Shown piece by piece: positions 13,009 through 26,030 of a DNA stretch of 64,000 bases. The notes under the pieces are model-generated. The model did no database searches, had not been told where the DNA came from, and saw only the letters and a program-made list of their open reading frames with translations. Made by a program: the position numbers and the translations under genes. Every line of letters starts with the position of its first letter. Within the stretch, counting starts at the first letter, position 1. This DNA comes from Phoronis australis (Eukaryota > Animalia > Phoronida), in assembly GCA_002633005.1 (NCBI GenBank), contig NMRA01000151.1, positions 600,400-664,399 on the forward strand. Reading direction: 5' to 3'.

Positions 13009-13232
13009 CATGTGCGCACCCAGTCTTTAACATGAGGGGGCTCGAATTTCCGACGATGTGGACCTTTTACCGATAAAAAAGTCGAAGGACTAAAAAACAG
13101 GGTACCATGTTCAGGCCTATGAATTGTGCGTTTGCGCCTTTTTAGTGGATTTTTTGTCTCGTTTTCTCGGACTTTTTGTTTCTCTGGGGCGGACCTTTTT
13201 GTCCACTTCGCCTCAACTTGGGTTCGCGCATG
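13009..13232. mobile_element. hAT-like MITE
   Basis: Termini CATGTGCGCACCCAG ... TTGGGTTCGCGCATG, internal ggaccttt repeats, flanked on both sides by ttacc. Confidence 0.55.
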
Positions 13233-15177
13233 TTACCGAGTTAAATTTTATAGTTTTGAGGATATTTGTTTAATACACAAGCTTGTCGATAAGACAGGGA
13301 CATGCGAAGCGGTGGGAGCACAGTTCTCAAAGGGCGAAAATTGATGCACCACTTGTCAAGAAACAAAACTTGTCATCACTCAGCACTGATGCGCGCGTTA
13401 TTCTGCTTGAATCTATATGTTCAGTATTGTCAGAAAATACTTAAAATAAAATATTCTCTTCAAAACCCAATGTTTTTATTTTATGAACATCGTGTTTTGT
13501 TAGTTAAGTTGTCCATTAATTATAAAAGTTTTATTTGCTTTTCATTTCAATTCATTAATTGAAAATTTTTTTCTCTGCGCATTAACAACAGGGAAACAAC
13601 TTTCAGCGTGAAGCATTTTCTTCCAGTGTCTGGCCAGTAAAACGCATTAACTTCGCTGCTTCTCATAAAGAAAATAGTTGTCAAGCTGTAGGTGAAAAAG
13701 GACATTGGGAACCGGCAACAACCAAGAGACTGAGGTATCAAGCCCAACTTAGTTTTTCGGGAAGAGTTAGAGTATGGCCGAGAAGTCTGGCGCCTATTTT
13801 GATCCAATTCGGTGTCAAACGAAATTCCCGCGCTTGATTGTGTCTGGAAGCGTTTAGGTGACACAACACCTCACATAGGCCACAACATTCTACACACACA
13901 GCACACCCATAATGACCACAGCACTCTAAAACTCTCCACAATTACCACAACACCCTCTCAACACTCAGACATGTTCCTTAAAACACTTTCTCCCAGATTG
14001 TGACAATACTGTTCCCGCAGAATTGCACAGCAGGTGTTTAGATAGCCAAAGTCTTTCCACCCTCGTCCTGCCTCGCAGACGATCTTGTCATCGTTCACCG
14101 TTGCACGCCGCAGATTGGGCACTGACGGCTGTTCCGTGCCTGCCGTAAGCCGCCTGACCCTACGTCGAAGCGGGACGAACATTAGCTTCGCCGAACATGA
14201 TGAGAAAAAAGCGAAGTCCTTATCATACTAACGTCGACGCGTCGATGGTTTGTGGAGTTGCGGTCAGTATGAATGCTTAACTTCGGTCCTGCATCGCAGT
14301 TAACAGCTCTAGCAAACATCGCAGTTAACAGGTGGATTTAACAGCGCAGCGTGGACGCTGCGGCGCAGCAGACCCAATTCACGCGGCGGACATTAAAACA
14401 AAGCAAGGTTCACTGCCACAAACAAAGCGGAAGTTGACATTACGTGAGTCCAACCTGGATATTAAATTTTAATAATGTGTCGACAATTAACCACAGAGAC
14501 ATAGAAAATTACATTAGAGAACAAGTTAAGGAGCCAAAGAGTTGTCTGACGAAAGGGTTTATTTTTCGGAAAACTAGGTTCGAAACAAGAAAAGTAAATA
14601 TGACCAAATTGAGGCGATCATAGTGTTACGAACTGGGTATTATGCTGAATGCAGGGTTACGTTTTTTCTTGTAAATTGTTGATCAAAATACTTTCTACAC
14701 GAACCAGGTCATCTGCTCGCATTGTTGACGAGTTGAAGACATATTCGACAGTGGTGGCTGTCATGTGCATTTAGTCACATCTGATTTAATTTGTTGATCA
14801 AGAACATTAACATCAAACATAGCCTGATCCTGGTGAAGTATGCACTCACTGGGACTAACAGTTGATTTGTCATTGTTCTAAAAGAATAATTGATGCTATT
14901 CAATATATTTTTTATTAAAATAAAAAACAGGCTCGTGATTGAAAATAAAAATTATTTGACTATCAATTCTGCTTTCTTGGTTGTAATAATTATTATGTCT
15001 ATTTCATGTGTTAGGTTTCAAATATCAATCTGTACCAAGTTGAATTTTAAAATTAAAACACCTAATTCGTTCGTCCATAGATTAACCTCGTTTTAGAACT
15101 CAATTTCAGTTAATTGGACAAACAATCATAGTTATCATGTTTCTCTAGGAGCCTCGTTCATCCGAGAGGAAAGGTGC

Positions 15178-15916
15178 CAGTGCCTATTGAGAGAGGATTT
15201 TTTCGCCGAGTTAGGGTAACAATCTACCTCTTAAATGGGACACCCTAATTATGAAAAGCTAACCGTCATTAAGCTTGGAAAAGAGTTCATTCCACCGTCG
15301 TGTGGTCATGAGATGGTGCAGGAAGTGACCTTCCTCAACATAAAAGACAGATGCACGACTTCACAAAAACGGAAACTAGACGTAGGCCTAATCAAGTCCA
15401 ACTTTGGGCCCTCCGTTCTTGAGTGGATCCTTAAGAATTTGTCAATAAAAATATAATAAGGTGGCCACTTGAATGTCATCAATGGCCTCCTTCAAGGGTG
15501 GGGCCCCTCGACTGTATGAAAATATCTATATTTTGAAAAGTCAAGAAATGTACAGCAATTGGTGATATCTGTCAGCTCATCAATTTTTCTCAATTGATAT
15601 ACATTTCGAGAAAAAAAACAAAAATAGTCTCCGTTATCCCTTGCTAAAGAGGGGCCTCTGGGAAAAGGTGGTTTTGCAGTAGCGTTTAGACGACCTGTGC
15701 TGCGAAAGGGGACTGGGCCGCATGGCCAGGATTCTCAAAAGATAAACCATGCACTGATACAGAGTTGTTGAATTTTCAGTCTTGAACTTTCTCTCTTATC
15801 CGCATTTAGCAGTCTTTCTTTTCTGTCTCCGCCCCACGCGTATGCCGGTTGCCACGGTTTAACCCTGACGCCTGAAAATTTTGGAGGGCCCGTGCCCCCC
15901 CGCTTTTACGGCCCTG
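15178..15916 (+). mobile_element. Non-autonomous hAT-like repeat family, copy 1 of 3
   Basis: Starts CAGTGCCTA and ends TACGGCCCTG. Blocks such as ggtggccacttgaatgtcatcaatggcc, catcaatttttctca and cgtttagacgacct recur inverted at 23970-26030 and direct at 31360-31860. Confidence 0.75.
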
Positions 15917-17633
15917 CTGTAGCATACTCATGTATGAAGTTTGGCCAGTCGGGCCCTGAAACCTAGTTGCTTTCATTACTGGATGCAATAGTTGATCTGG
16001 GTTAAATTTGCGTTTTAGGAAAACAGGGCAGCTAGACTTCCCTGATCACGCGTGGTTTAAGCCTGTCCCGGCGTGCACGCAATCCTTGTCTCGCGTACGT
16101 CATCCCGGCCTACGAGGATACATTGCACTTCCCACTATCCACGTTTCACAGACCATATTTCTATGCTTGCAAAAGGACCACAGCAACCCTACTCCCGAGA
16201 ATCATTCCCTTCCTCTGAATTAAAAGCTATTTTGTACCATAGCACGCCCTTCCCTTATACGAGGACTCTCGAAATTCGCCATGACCAGGAACTCGGCAAA
16301 TGTGCCCGATACTACAAAGCTAGGTAAACACACTACAAAGGGCGTGAAATAAGGCATTATGGAAGTTGGCTGGGGGACAGGAAAACCTAAAGAAATTCTC
16401 AACAAAGGTGAGTCGTGTAGTAATGAGGTTGACGTGTGGTGGTACATAATATTTGTTTGAACCACGGTTGCCATAATTTCATAGAATAGTATAACTGGAT
16501 ATTTTAAGTTTTGTGCTGCACATGAAAGGACTGGATGAAATTTTACCTAAATCCAATGGCGTCTATAAAGTTGTCTTAGTGGAACACATATAGTTTTTTC
16601 TATCTTAAAAGCAAAAACTTGATTTTTCGTTTGTGTTTGCTACTCGAGTTGGTCACCATCGACGCTCACTCAACAAGGGACTCTCTCGCTGGGTCAATGT
16701 CTCCGTTCTAAAAGAAAAACATTTCTTGTTCAACAAGAAATCGAATGCAGTAAATCGATGACATTAAAATCTGCATGAAAACCGTGAAATGAAAAGGTAG
16801 GCAGCAAGTTTTAGTTGTCCGTTTTGGCAGCAAGCGTTCGTCACTGTTTTCATTATCCAGCCGTTTTATTCAAACTGTATGTGCCCACTGATATGCAAGG
16901 CCGTCCGACAGTCCGCTTTAATCAAAGGGGTTAAGGTGGACACTTTGTCAGCACCCTGCTAGAAATGCATTCTTTTCAACAACATTTAGAAGACAATAGA
17001 TAATTTACTCTCGGTATTTATCAAAGCGAAACGTAGCATAGCAATGAAGATATTGAAGTACCCGAAGGAAGGGCAATCAGTCCCATGTGATGAAAGTTTC
17101 GTTGCCAACTCGAGTCCCAATTAGGCCGTTTTACTGTGACACGCGGCCACACTATATGCCCCAGAGACAATAGCCCGATCTTGGACACCATCCGCCTTTA
17201 ATTGGTGCCGTTTTGTTCTCTTTTATTTTCTACTGCACCCGTGAGTCCTCCCCTGGCTGACAAATCCGCCCGGTCACCACTGCCTGGTTTCCGCCACCGC
17301 GTCCGTTTGCGTATACATGTAGTTCCTCCCAATCTCAGCCCCCAGCCGCCTCTTATAGCTAATGTCAACGTCTTTAAGCTGGTTCCAATGCTAGTCTCGG
17401 ATAGATGTTTGGGGTGAAATGCGGGTCGTTAATTAATCATAAATAGTTTTTTGGCAGAACCCCTAATACAAAACTAATACACTTTAAACAAATGTGACAC
17501 TCAAGTCCAACCCGCTTATCGATTATCTTAGATGTCAAGCCGAGTGGTCAGTCAATGCTTTCTTCCAATAAAGTGATTCAGTTTATTCGATTTATTCATA
17601 TATACGCGTCAAAACCTGTAGCAGTAGCATTTT

Positions 17634-18183
17634 NNNNNNNNNNNNNNNNNNNNNNNNNNNNNNNNNNNNNNNNNNNNNNNNNNNNNNNNNNNNNNNNNNN
17701 NNNNNNNNNNNNNNNNNNNNNNNNNNNNNNNNNNNNNNNNNNNNNNNNNNNNNNNNNNNNNNNNNNNNNNNNNNNNNNNNNNNNNNNNNNNNNNNNNNNN
17801 NNNNNNNNNNNNNNNNNNNNNNNNNNNNNNNNNNNNNNNNNNNNNNNNNNNNNNNNNNNNNNNNNNNNNNNNNNNNNNNNNNNNNNNNNNNNNNNNNNNN
17901 NNNNNNNNNNNNNNNNNNNNNNNNNNNNNNNNNNNNNNNNNNNNNNNNNNNNNNNNNNNNNNNNNNNNNNNNNNNNNNNNNNNNNNNNNNNNNNNNNNNN
18001 NNNNNNNNNNNNNNNNNNNNNNNNNNNNNNNNNNNNNNNNNNNNNNNNNNNNNNNNNNNNNNNNNNNNNNNNNNNNNNNNNNNNNNNNNNNNNNNNNNNN
18101 NNNNNNNNNNNNNNNNNNNNNNNNNNNNNNNNNNNNNNNNNNNNNNNNNNNNNNNNNNNNNNNNNNNNNNNNNNNNNNNNNNN
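17634..18183. other. Assembly gap (550 N)
   Basis: Run of N. Confidence 1.
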
Positions 18184-18663
18184 TGGAAACTCGGGAGTCA
18201 AAATCTGAGATAGCCCTGCACCATAGCCACCAAGATGAAAAGTGCGTATCTAAGTCTTGGAACTAATATATTTGTGTTTATTATAGCCTTCGAGTTACCA
18301 AGCAACATCGCTAAGTTCAGCTGCTCGTGTGGCCGTACAGTTTGATCCATAGTTTACGCTTTTCAACATCATTTTTCGGCTTAGGACATACCAAAAAATG
18401 ACGGGATATTATTCTGGAGCAGCATAACGGCTGTCGGTGCTACACACGCCATATAAACACCGTTTCCCCATTCTTAGCGGACACTTTCTTGAGCTATAGA
18501 TTAAAGTAAGTTTTACTCGACTACGTGTGATTTGTCGGGTAAAATGGCAGCTTGGAAACGCAGACGAAGGTGTGCCAAGAATGATGCGTTCTGATTGGTC
18601 AATTAAGCCGTCCGTCATAATCCTGGCGATAGGTCAATTCTCGTCGCGGTGACGCTGCTGTAC

Positions 18664-21600
18664 TAGTGGTGATTGAATTGCGCATGCCTGGCTGTCTGCA
18701 TGTAAACAACTGCTAAAACATGGAATTTCTATCAAAATACGTCGTCGCGCTAAGCCTTATTACTGCTAATTTCCCTGGTGCAAGTCTTCGACAAGTGGCC
18801 ACAAATTCCCAAAAGACTTAAGGTTACTATATTCGTGTACAATTGCGGTCAACAGGGTCAACTAACTGACAAAAAGTGTGTGGATGCTGAAGCCCCGTGT
18901 GTGCTCTATGACTATGCAGTTCCATTCGGAGACTACACAACATTACTTGGTAAGTTTTTAGCAATCAGTTTCTATTAGCATTGTTCGGTGTTGTTATCCC
19001 CACCAATTACCCCACTGAATAACAAGTTTATTGAGTGGAACTAAGTGTTTCTTTTAGGAAACTCACCCGATGCCGGGTAGGCTAGCAGCTCATATTCATA
19101 TTGTCCTGGGTGGGAGTGCTCCCAAAATAAGAGGTATATGGTACGTGATGCACAGAAGTCAAGGGTGACTTTTTCGCAGCAGTTTCTCTTCAAAACTATG
19201 CTGTTTCCAATAAAATTCTCTAGATGAGTAAGTTTCCTTACTTTATCGCGGACCCCACCCCAGGACTACCAGATCAGTTATCTAATTAACACGAATAAGC
19301 CTTAATTCAGTAAATGTCGTAACATTACACTGGAAAAAAATTGACGGATAGAATGAATTTTACTTGTTGAGATCAGAAGCACAATTTAAGTGTCATGAAA
19401 AGTACACATTGTTAAATCACTTTTAGCCTGTTTCACATATTTTAATTCAATTATTTAATAAGACTTGGGTACAAAGGTTATTAGTTTCTACACCGACATA
19501 AACATGAAGGTGAAACGTCATGTATGTTCTGCCTTACAAAAGTAGTTTTGTCTTGTCTTTTGCTTTACAATTTGCTAATTTTCCTCTTGAGTATTATGTT
19601 ACAGTTGAAATAAAACAACTGAAACCAATCGCCCGACCATCTATTTTACCTTTGGAGAAAGTGAAAAGCAATCCTTCAGCAATAACCTGAGAGAATTGAA
19701 CGTAATTCAGAAGTTCAGCACTTGATATGCCTGATTATGGACTCCGTCGCAATGTTGTATCTTTCTGTGCTTTTTCAGTTTGCCATTTGTTTTTAAATAC
19801 AATGATAGTTTTTTATTCTCGAATCTTGTGCATAGCAGATTCTTATCCAGCTAACTACAATTGAAAACATACAATAAGACAATCAATGCAGTCACTGAAT
19901 GTCATTTCCCCATAATGTGTAACAAATCTTTTACTTTTAGTATAAAGCCTTTCTTCTGAAAGGAGAATTTAATGTCGCAGTCACTCAGCTTTTGGCTTTC
20001 ATTTCACTGGGATCTAGTTTCAATAGCCTATAGAAGCGCTTGTAAAAAAGGTCAAGTTTCGACAGGTCGCTATCTTTCATGTAACCTCATTCAGCCTCAA
20101 TAACATCAACACAGCAGCATATCACTTGAATCGTTTTGAGCCCAAAATCAGACCCTGAACTACAGGTGTACACCAGAGTGTCACTAGGTCTTCTTTAGCT
20201 TTAGTCCCTCATGTTTCTTCCAGAAAGGAAATAAGCTATTGTCCACACACGACTCATTGCCTATGAAAGGGCATCCTCACCAACAAGGCTTACTTGTGTA
20301 GTAGACAGATATAGTTCGTCTGAATACACAGACAGTCCACTGGCACATTGTCTTATGGTAACTTAGTACTGCGATTCACATTTTTCCTGGGCCACTGACT
20401 TGTACATTGTGCCATGCAACACTGCTGGTGTGTGGAGTGCTGTGGGAAGAGAACGGAGTAACAAAACTTGTCTATGATACAGCTTGAAGTGGCCTTAAAA
20501 TGTCACTGAACCTGGAACAAATATTGAAATATGAATAATTAAGTACTCCAGATTGGGTCAAAAATGTTATCCCTGTTTTTCAAAAATATATGGTGACTGC
20601 TCTACAGTTTCACATAAAATTAAATAGTTACTATTTTCAGAAACCAAGGGTGTATATAATAAGTATTGCATAAAACTGTGTCTTTATTTTTTATTCTTAG
20701 CCATGACAAGTTTTTAAACGCATCATTTGTCTGCAAAATATACAAGCTTTTTGAGACAACTTCAAACCTTTGTTACACATTTTCAAGCCTTTTTAATTTT
20801 AAACTCCGACTACAGGTTCATGGGTGTGTCAAGCATACTTCTAGTCTAAGGTTGAGTGAACCGATTTGGGTCATTTAAAAATGATTGATATTCTTTCTGT
20901 TATTCAAAAGTAGTTACAAATCTTAAGGTGCCATCAAAAATGCAATTTTCACAAAAATGGCAGTCATTTGAATTTATAACGACTTGCAACATTTCAAGGC
21001 ATGAGTTATGACTGTTCAGTCACTGTGAATTCAGAAAATGTAATATATTTTCATGGGTTTACAATTGATACAAGTAGCAAAACAGTTTCATGAAATCAAC
21101 GTGAAGGGACTTCATGAAAGTTAAGAATTAGCTCACCATGCTATTTCCCCAAATATGTATTACCTGTATTTCCACACATTCAGTTGTACCAAATATTACA
21201 ACCCCAACTCCGCCATGCCTATCCCCCGCTAAGGACTTGGATAAGTAAATTAACAAAATGACTTACATACCTTTCTTTAAAAATAGCTGTTCCTTTTCAA
21301 AGGCTTTTTTCGTTGTCTCCAATATTGAAAGTAGGCTTTGACTACCGATCTGCACTGGATGGGAAGATCTTGTTGATTAGCTGCAGTCAAATGCTAAAAA
21401 CCAATTTTTGTCCATTCAGGGACGGTGCAGAAGCGATGCATATCTCCTCTGCACGGTACAAGCCCTCAAACTTAAAAACTAAAGGTTACGTGAAAACAGA
21501 CGTGATAGATTTCCATTTCAACGTGTAATAGATTTCCAGAAGACATATGATAGGGAGTAAACAAATAGTCTAATGCAATGGATATTTGTCATGTACCCTT

Positions 21601-22033
21601 TGCCATTGGGCTTGGATTGTAATCTTAACTCATTAACCTGTATCGAGTTGACGACATAAGCATTCAGCATTGATTGGTGTAACTGTCACTGTTAGAAATC
21701 ATTCCAAATAATAACAATGCTTTGATGTACGAAAAGATCCCGATTGCTACGTCAATTATCGTACCACATATCACAGCAAACAAAGATTAACCTGACTGGC
21801 GACTGCCGCGAAGTCGACATCGGCGAGTACCTCAGTTAACAGGCATCGGTAGAATAAACATGGAATAATCGTTAAAATAATCACAAACCTTGCCTTTATA
21901 TAAGGTCGTGCTTACTTCCTCTCATATAAGCACCCTTTTTACGCAATATCAGATTCAGTTGGCACGGCTGCAAGCCATTTCACCATGTATTTAAAGGGCT
22001 CGCGAAATCGAGGCTGTTAATCTATCACCACTA
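18664..22033. mobile_element. ~3.4-kb TIR DNA transposon relic with TAG...CTA termini (Academ-like)
   Basis: gtac|TAGTGGTGATTGA at 18664 and TCTATCACCACTA|gtac ending 22033. GTAC is duplicated; an alternative reading is CTAG termini with a TA TSD. The interior is decayed. Confidence 0.6.
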
Positions 22034-22389
22034 GTACACGTGGGCCCTCTAGTTATTGTAGATTTTCCGCATAGCCCCATTGTAAGCCAGCCTCGGTTAA
22101 GCCATTTGAGCTCCATCTTGAGGCTTGGGGACGAGGCTGCTCATAAGCTAGTGCGAGACGTCACGGAGCAACAATGCAATGTTCTCTCCAAGTCCAGAAA
22201 CCAACACCATTTTTGATTTACGAACAATTTTAGATCACGTAAACGAAATCAAAAGGTAATTGTAGTGAAATAAATGTGAAAACGTGACGTCTGGACGACT
22301 TCTAGGACGTAGCACTAATCGTGCAATAAAGACAACAGTCCCAGAAGTCATCCTAAAGTGCTTTCGGCATGTGCGAAGATTACTTTTAT

Positions 22390-22587
22390 TGGGGACAAAT
22401 AAAACAAAACAAGAATAATATATATTTTAATTTGTATTGGGAATTTCAGGGTCACAGCTCTACAAATAAATATTTCACAGAAGGAACCGGTCAAGCTGAG
22501 TGAGCAGACCAGCCGGAGTGATAAAAAGATATGTTGTGGCTCAGTATGTAGGTTGTTAATGGATGAACAATCCTGTCCACCGCCACA
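22390..22587 (-). repeat. Dispersed repeat with TG..CA ends, copy 1 (possibly solo-LTR-like)
   Basis: Inverted homolog of 55148-55522, sharing ggattgttcatcc, ctgagccacaac, tttttatcactccggctggtctgct and ggttccttctgtgaaata. Confidence 0.75.
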
Positions 22588-23969
22588 ACCCGTGTGGGGG
22601 CCGTGATCCTGCATGATAGAGGAGTGGCAGGGGATGGGGGAAAAACGTAGTCGCAACCAATGAGAAATGGACCGATACCTTTCCCGGATTTGCCTCCATA
22701 TTCATTGAAGCTCAACTCCCCCCCGTTGGGGCACAGCACACGAGGACAGGTTGGATACTTCACGATGAGCAGTACCGCAAAGCTCGCAACCCAGCCACAC
22801 TCTGGTCGACGATAGAGCCGGAGTTGTGGTTGCTGCACATTACACTGAGGCCCCTCTACTGACACCATACCGCACCCACCTACCAGACACTGCTGACAGT
22901 GCAGACATACACATACCTGGAGGACCTGCATTGGTTCCCACCCAAGCATCGCATGCTACAGGGCCACCCGACGCTCCCGGCCGGGCCCTTCCAGGGTCCA
23001 AGCCGCCCCCGAAACCCAACTCAACCCTCACTCATATCGAAGCAAACCCTGGTGAAATTCAGCCGGTTTAGGGGACACTTTATTACCCCGCCCCCCGCCC
23101 CCTATTATTACGAATCTAATGCACCTTGTATGACTAGGATACAGCTCAGTTGAAGACAACTGACGTTCAGGTTCCTATGTGCTCAGGTAAAGAGGTTATG
23201 CACAACTGTTGGTATTGCGGTGGAACAATTAACTTGCGTACCAAAAAGAGTAGGCGTTGTGAAAATGTCTGGGGAGAACCTCATCAGGAAGCATGTGTTG
23301 TTAGGGAAACTCTCTGCAAAATTGCAGGATTGTACTCAGAGAATGCACTTGTTTTCTGAAAACAGAAAGATTGTACAGTTTTTTTTTTGTTAAAAGTTAG
23401 CAAAGAAGTAACGTCGCAGGAAAGGTAAAGTAACATCAGCATGGTAGATGTCATTTCATAAAAAGATTCATGACTAGATCTAAAATCAGTATTCAAAAAG
23501 TCCGTTTTATTTGATGGTGCTTTTAAGATTAAAACCAACAGTTTGATAAAAATCGTTAATTAAAACCTCAAATTTCTGTGTGACATTCAAAAACAAACCC
23601 GTTTAGTCTAAAGAACAACGGCGGTACCATTGTGCCCTGTTCATTTGAGTCCCATAGGCTGGTTTGGAGATGCCATTTGGAAAATTTTCGAATGTTTGTT
23701 CCTCATAACCAGAAAGTAAGACATTAATATTGAACCTGTTGGTAAGGTTAATATCGAAACTAAGTACAGCATGGCCAGCTAAACCATTAAGGGGCAGGCA
23801 AACTTGGACTTGAATTTACCGGGGTAAAAATCTAAGTGGTGTGACATGCGATTTTCAATCACAATAGAAAGATACGAGGTTGTTAGTGTTAAAATATTTT
23901 ATTGAAAGTAAAACGTGTTTACAAACATAACAGACCTCTTGAGCAAAATACTGGTTTATAAGTAACAAA

Positions 23970-26030
23970 GTCAGAGCAAAAATTTCCAGGCGTCTGTGTT
24001 AAACCGTGGCAACCCGCATAGGCGTGGTGCTGGGGACAGTCGAAAAGAGAAAGACTGCGAAAAACGGATAAGAGAGAAAATTCAAGAGAACATTTAACAA
24101 ATCTGCATCAGTGCATGGTTTACCTTTTGAGGACCCAGGCCAGGACATCGTCGTTAGCGTCTTCGCTTTTGCAGTACAGGTCGTCTAAACGCACACATAT
24201 ATTTCGAAAAAATCGAGAGAACTTGTAAAGCGAAGTTTTTGCAGAGCGTACTAATTTACTGTATGTTTAAATTCAATAAGTCAATTTTGCGAATGCAAAA
24301 CTATATTTTTCTAGAGGCCCCTCTCCGGCAAGGGATAACGGTGACAACTTTCGCTTTATTTTATTTTCTCGAAACTGTATATCACCTGAGAAAAATTGAT
24401 GACCTGACAGTTAACATCAATTGCCGAGCATTTCCAGATATTTGAAAATACAGATATTTACTCTGCGCGTGAAAGCGCAGAGTACTGTTGTTCCTGGGTT
24501 TTCTTCAATTTTATTCTTCTTATTCTTCTTATTTTTATTCTTCTTCCGACCAACTTTGAGGCTTAATAACTCCAAATTGGGTGCATGTACGGTCTTTAAA
24601 TTCAGCATATGACTTTTGACAGTATATAAATTTTGATTGGTTATATAATCATATTCCATATTGCACCGGAAGAGTTCGTTTAGTGCAAAGGTCATATAAT
24701 TTTCAAAATGCTACTCCTTCAGTTTTAAAACTATCTTTTTCAAATTCGGTGCACAGGTATATGTCAACATGACAATTTAAAAATTAACTTTTCTAAGTAA
24801 TCGGGTCATCCAATCAGGTGAAATAGGTCAAAGGTCATTAGGTGCAAACTAAAATTTTGAGCTAGACACTTCAAATCGATAGGGCTGTTTGCCACAGGCA
24901 AATCAAATCGGAATCCAAAGTTTCAGGTCATTTAGTGCAAAAATGGGATCATTAGGTGCATTTTTCTTCTGAAAATTTGACCTATTCAATCAGCAAGTAT
25001 TCTGATGCGTCAACCGTTAGACAACTGTGATTCTCAGCGTTAAGCACATTTTCCATGGTCTTTGCAATGATTCTCCTAAAGATGCTTAAAATGCACCGGA
25101 TAAGGTCAATTAGTGCAAAGGTCATGTAACGTTCAAAATGTTACATGTATATCCCTTACGTTTTTCAAGGAATTCTTTTCAATTTCAGCACACTGGTGTA
25201 AGTCAACATGCCAAGTGAATACCCTACATTACTTCGCAATAGGCCGAACCAATCAGAAAAAATAGGTCAAAGGTCATTGAGTGCAAAGTAAAATTTTGAG
25301 CTAGAGACTTCCGAATTACGTATCTGTTTACTATGTGCGATTGAGTTTGAATTCTGAATTTTCAGGTCATTTGGTGCACCCATGGGGTCATTAGGTGCAT
25401 TTTTCTTCTGAAAGTTTGACCACGTCATTCATCTTGTATTCTAAAGTGCTTAAAGTAAAACATCTGTGATTATTAGCATTAACCACACTTTTAAGCGAGT
25501 TATCAATTACTCCCTCATCGGGGCTCATAATGCACCGGAAGAGGTCAATTAGTGGAAAGGTCATCAAAAAATTAGTACGTAATTCCTCCTACAATTTTGA
25601 AGAATTCCTTTTCATATTGGTAAACGGGTTGCTGTCAGTAACTTCCCATAATAATTTCAGTAATACGCACGCGCAGAGTCCGTTATTGTCATGCCGTGAC
25701 AATAATCTTTCTAGTTTCATATTGAGGGGCCCCGCTTTGGAACGAGGCCATTGATGACATTCAAGTGGCCACCTTTTTGTGTTTTCATTAAGAAAGTCTT
25801 AAGGGACTTTCACGGTCCAATGTTGGAATCGATTACCTCTATTTTCCTGTTTTTTTGTGAAATCGTGCTTTCATGTTGAAGGAGGTCGCTCCCTGCATCG
25901 TTTTGGGACAACACGAGGGTGGAATGAACTGTCACTTTTTTCCAAGCTTAATGATGTTCAGCCTTTCATCTTAAGGTGTCACATTTCACAAGGTACCCTC
26001 TCTCGTTGGAGTAGTAGCGGGAATGTCCCT
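23970..26030 (-). mobile_element. hAT-like repeat family copy 2, split by a HINE insertion
   Basis: 23970-24456 and 25716-26030 are reverse complements of adjacent segments of copy 1 (15178-15916). Confidence 0.8.
24457..25715 (+). mobile_element. HINE/DINE-1-like non-autonomous Helentron element with internal tandem repeats
   Basis: 5' subterminal repeat actctgcgcgtg (24460-24471) folding with cgcagagt; (ttc/tta) microsatellite; ~430-bp repeats (tgcaccgga near 24662, 25092, 25531); 3' subterminal repeat cacgcgcagagt (25668-25679); stem-loop ttattgtca-tgccg-tgacaataa (25683-25705); ends ctagt. Inserted in a T-run with no TSD. Confidence 0.85.

Noticed and set aside
17555-18208. 217-aa and 201-aa ORFs
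   Set aside because: Artefacts of the N gap.
22588-23110. LTR retrotransposon internal region with tRNA-Pro PBS (tgggggccgt)
   Set aside because: Partial match, not adjacent to the CA end, and no gag/pol motifs or second LTR.
24661-25620. CRISPR-like array
   Set aside because: Whole ~430-bp units are duplicated with no unique spacers or cas genes; eukaryotic context.
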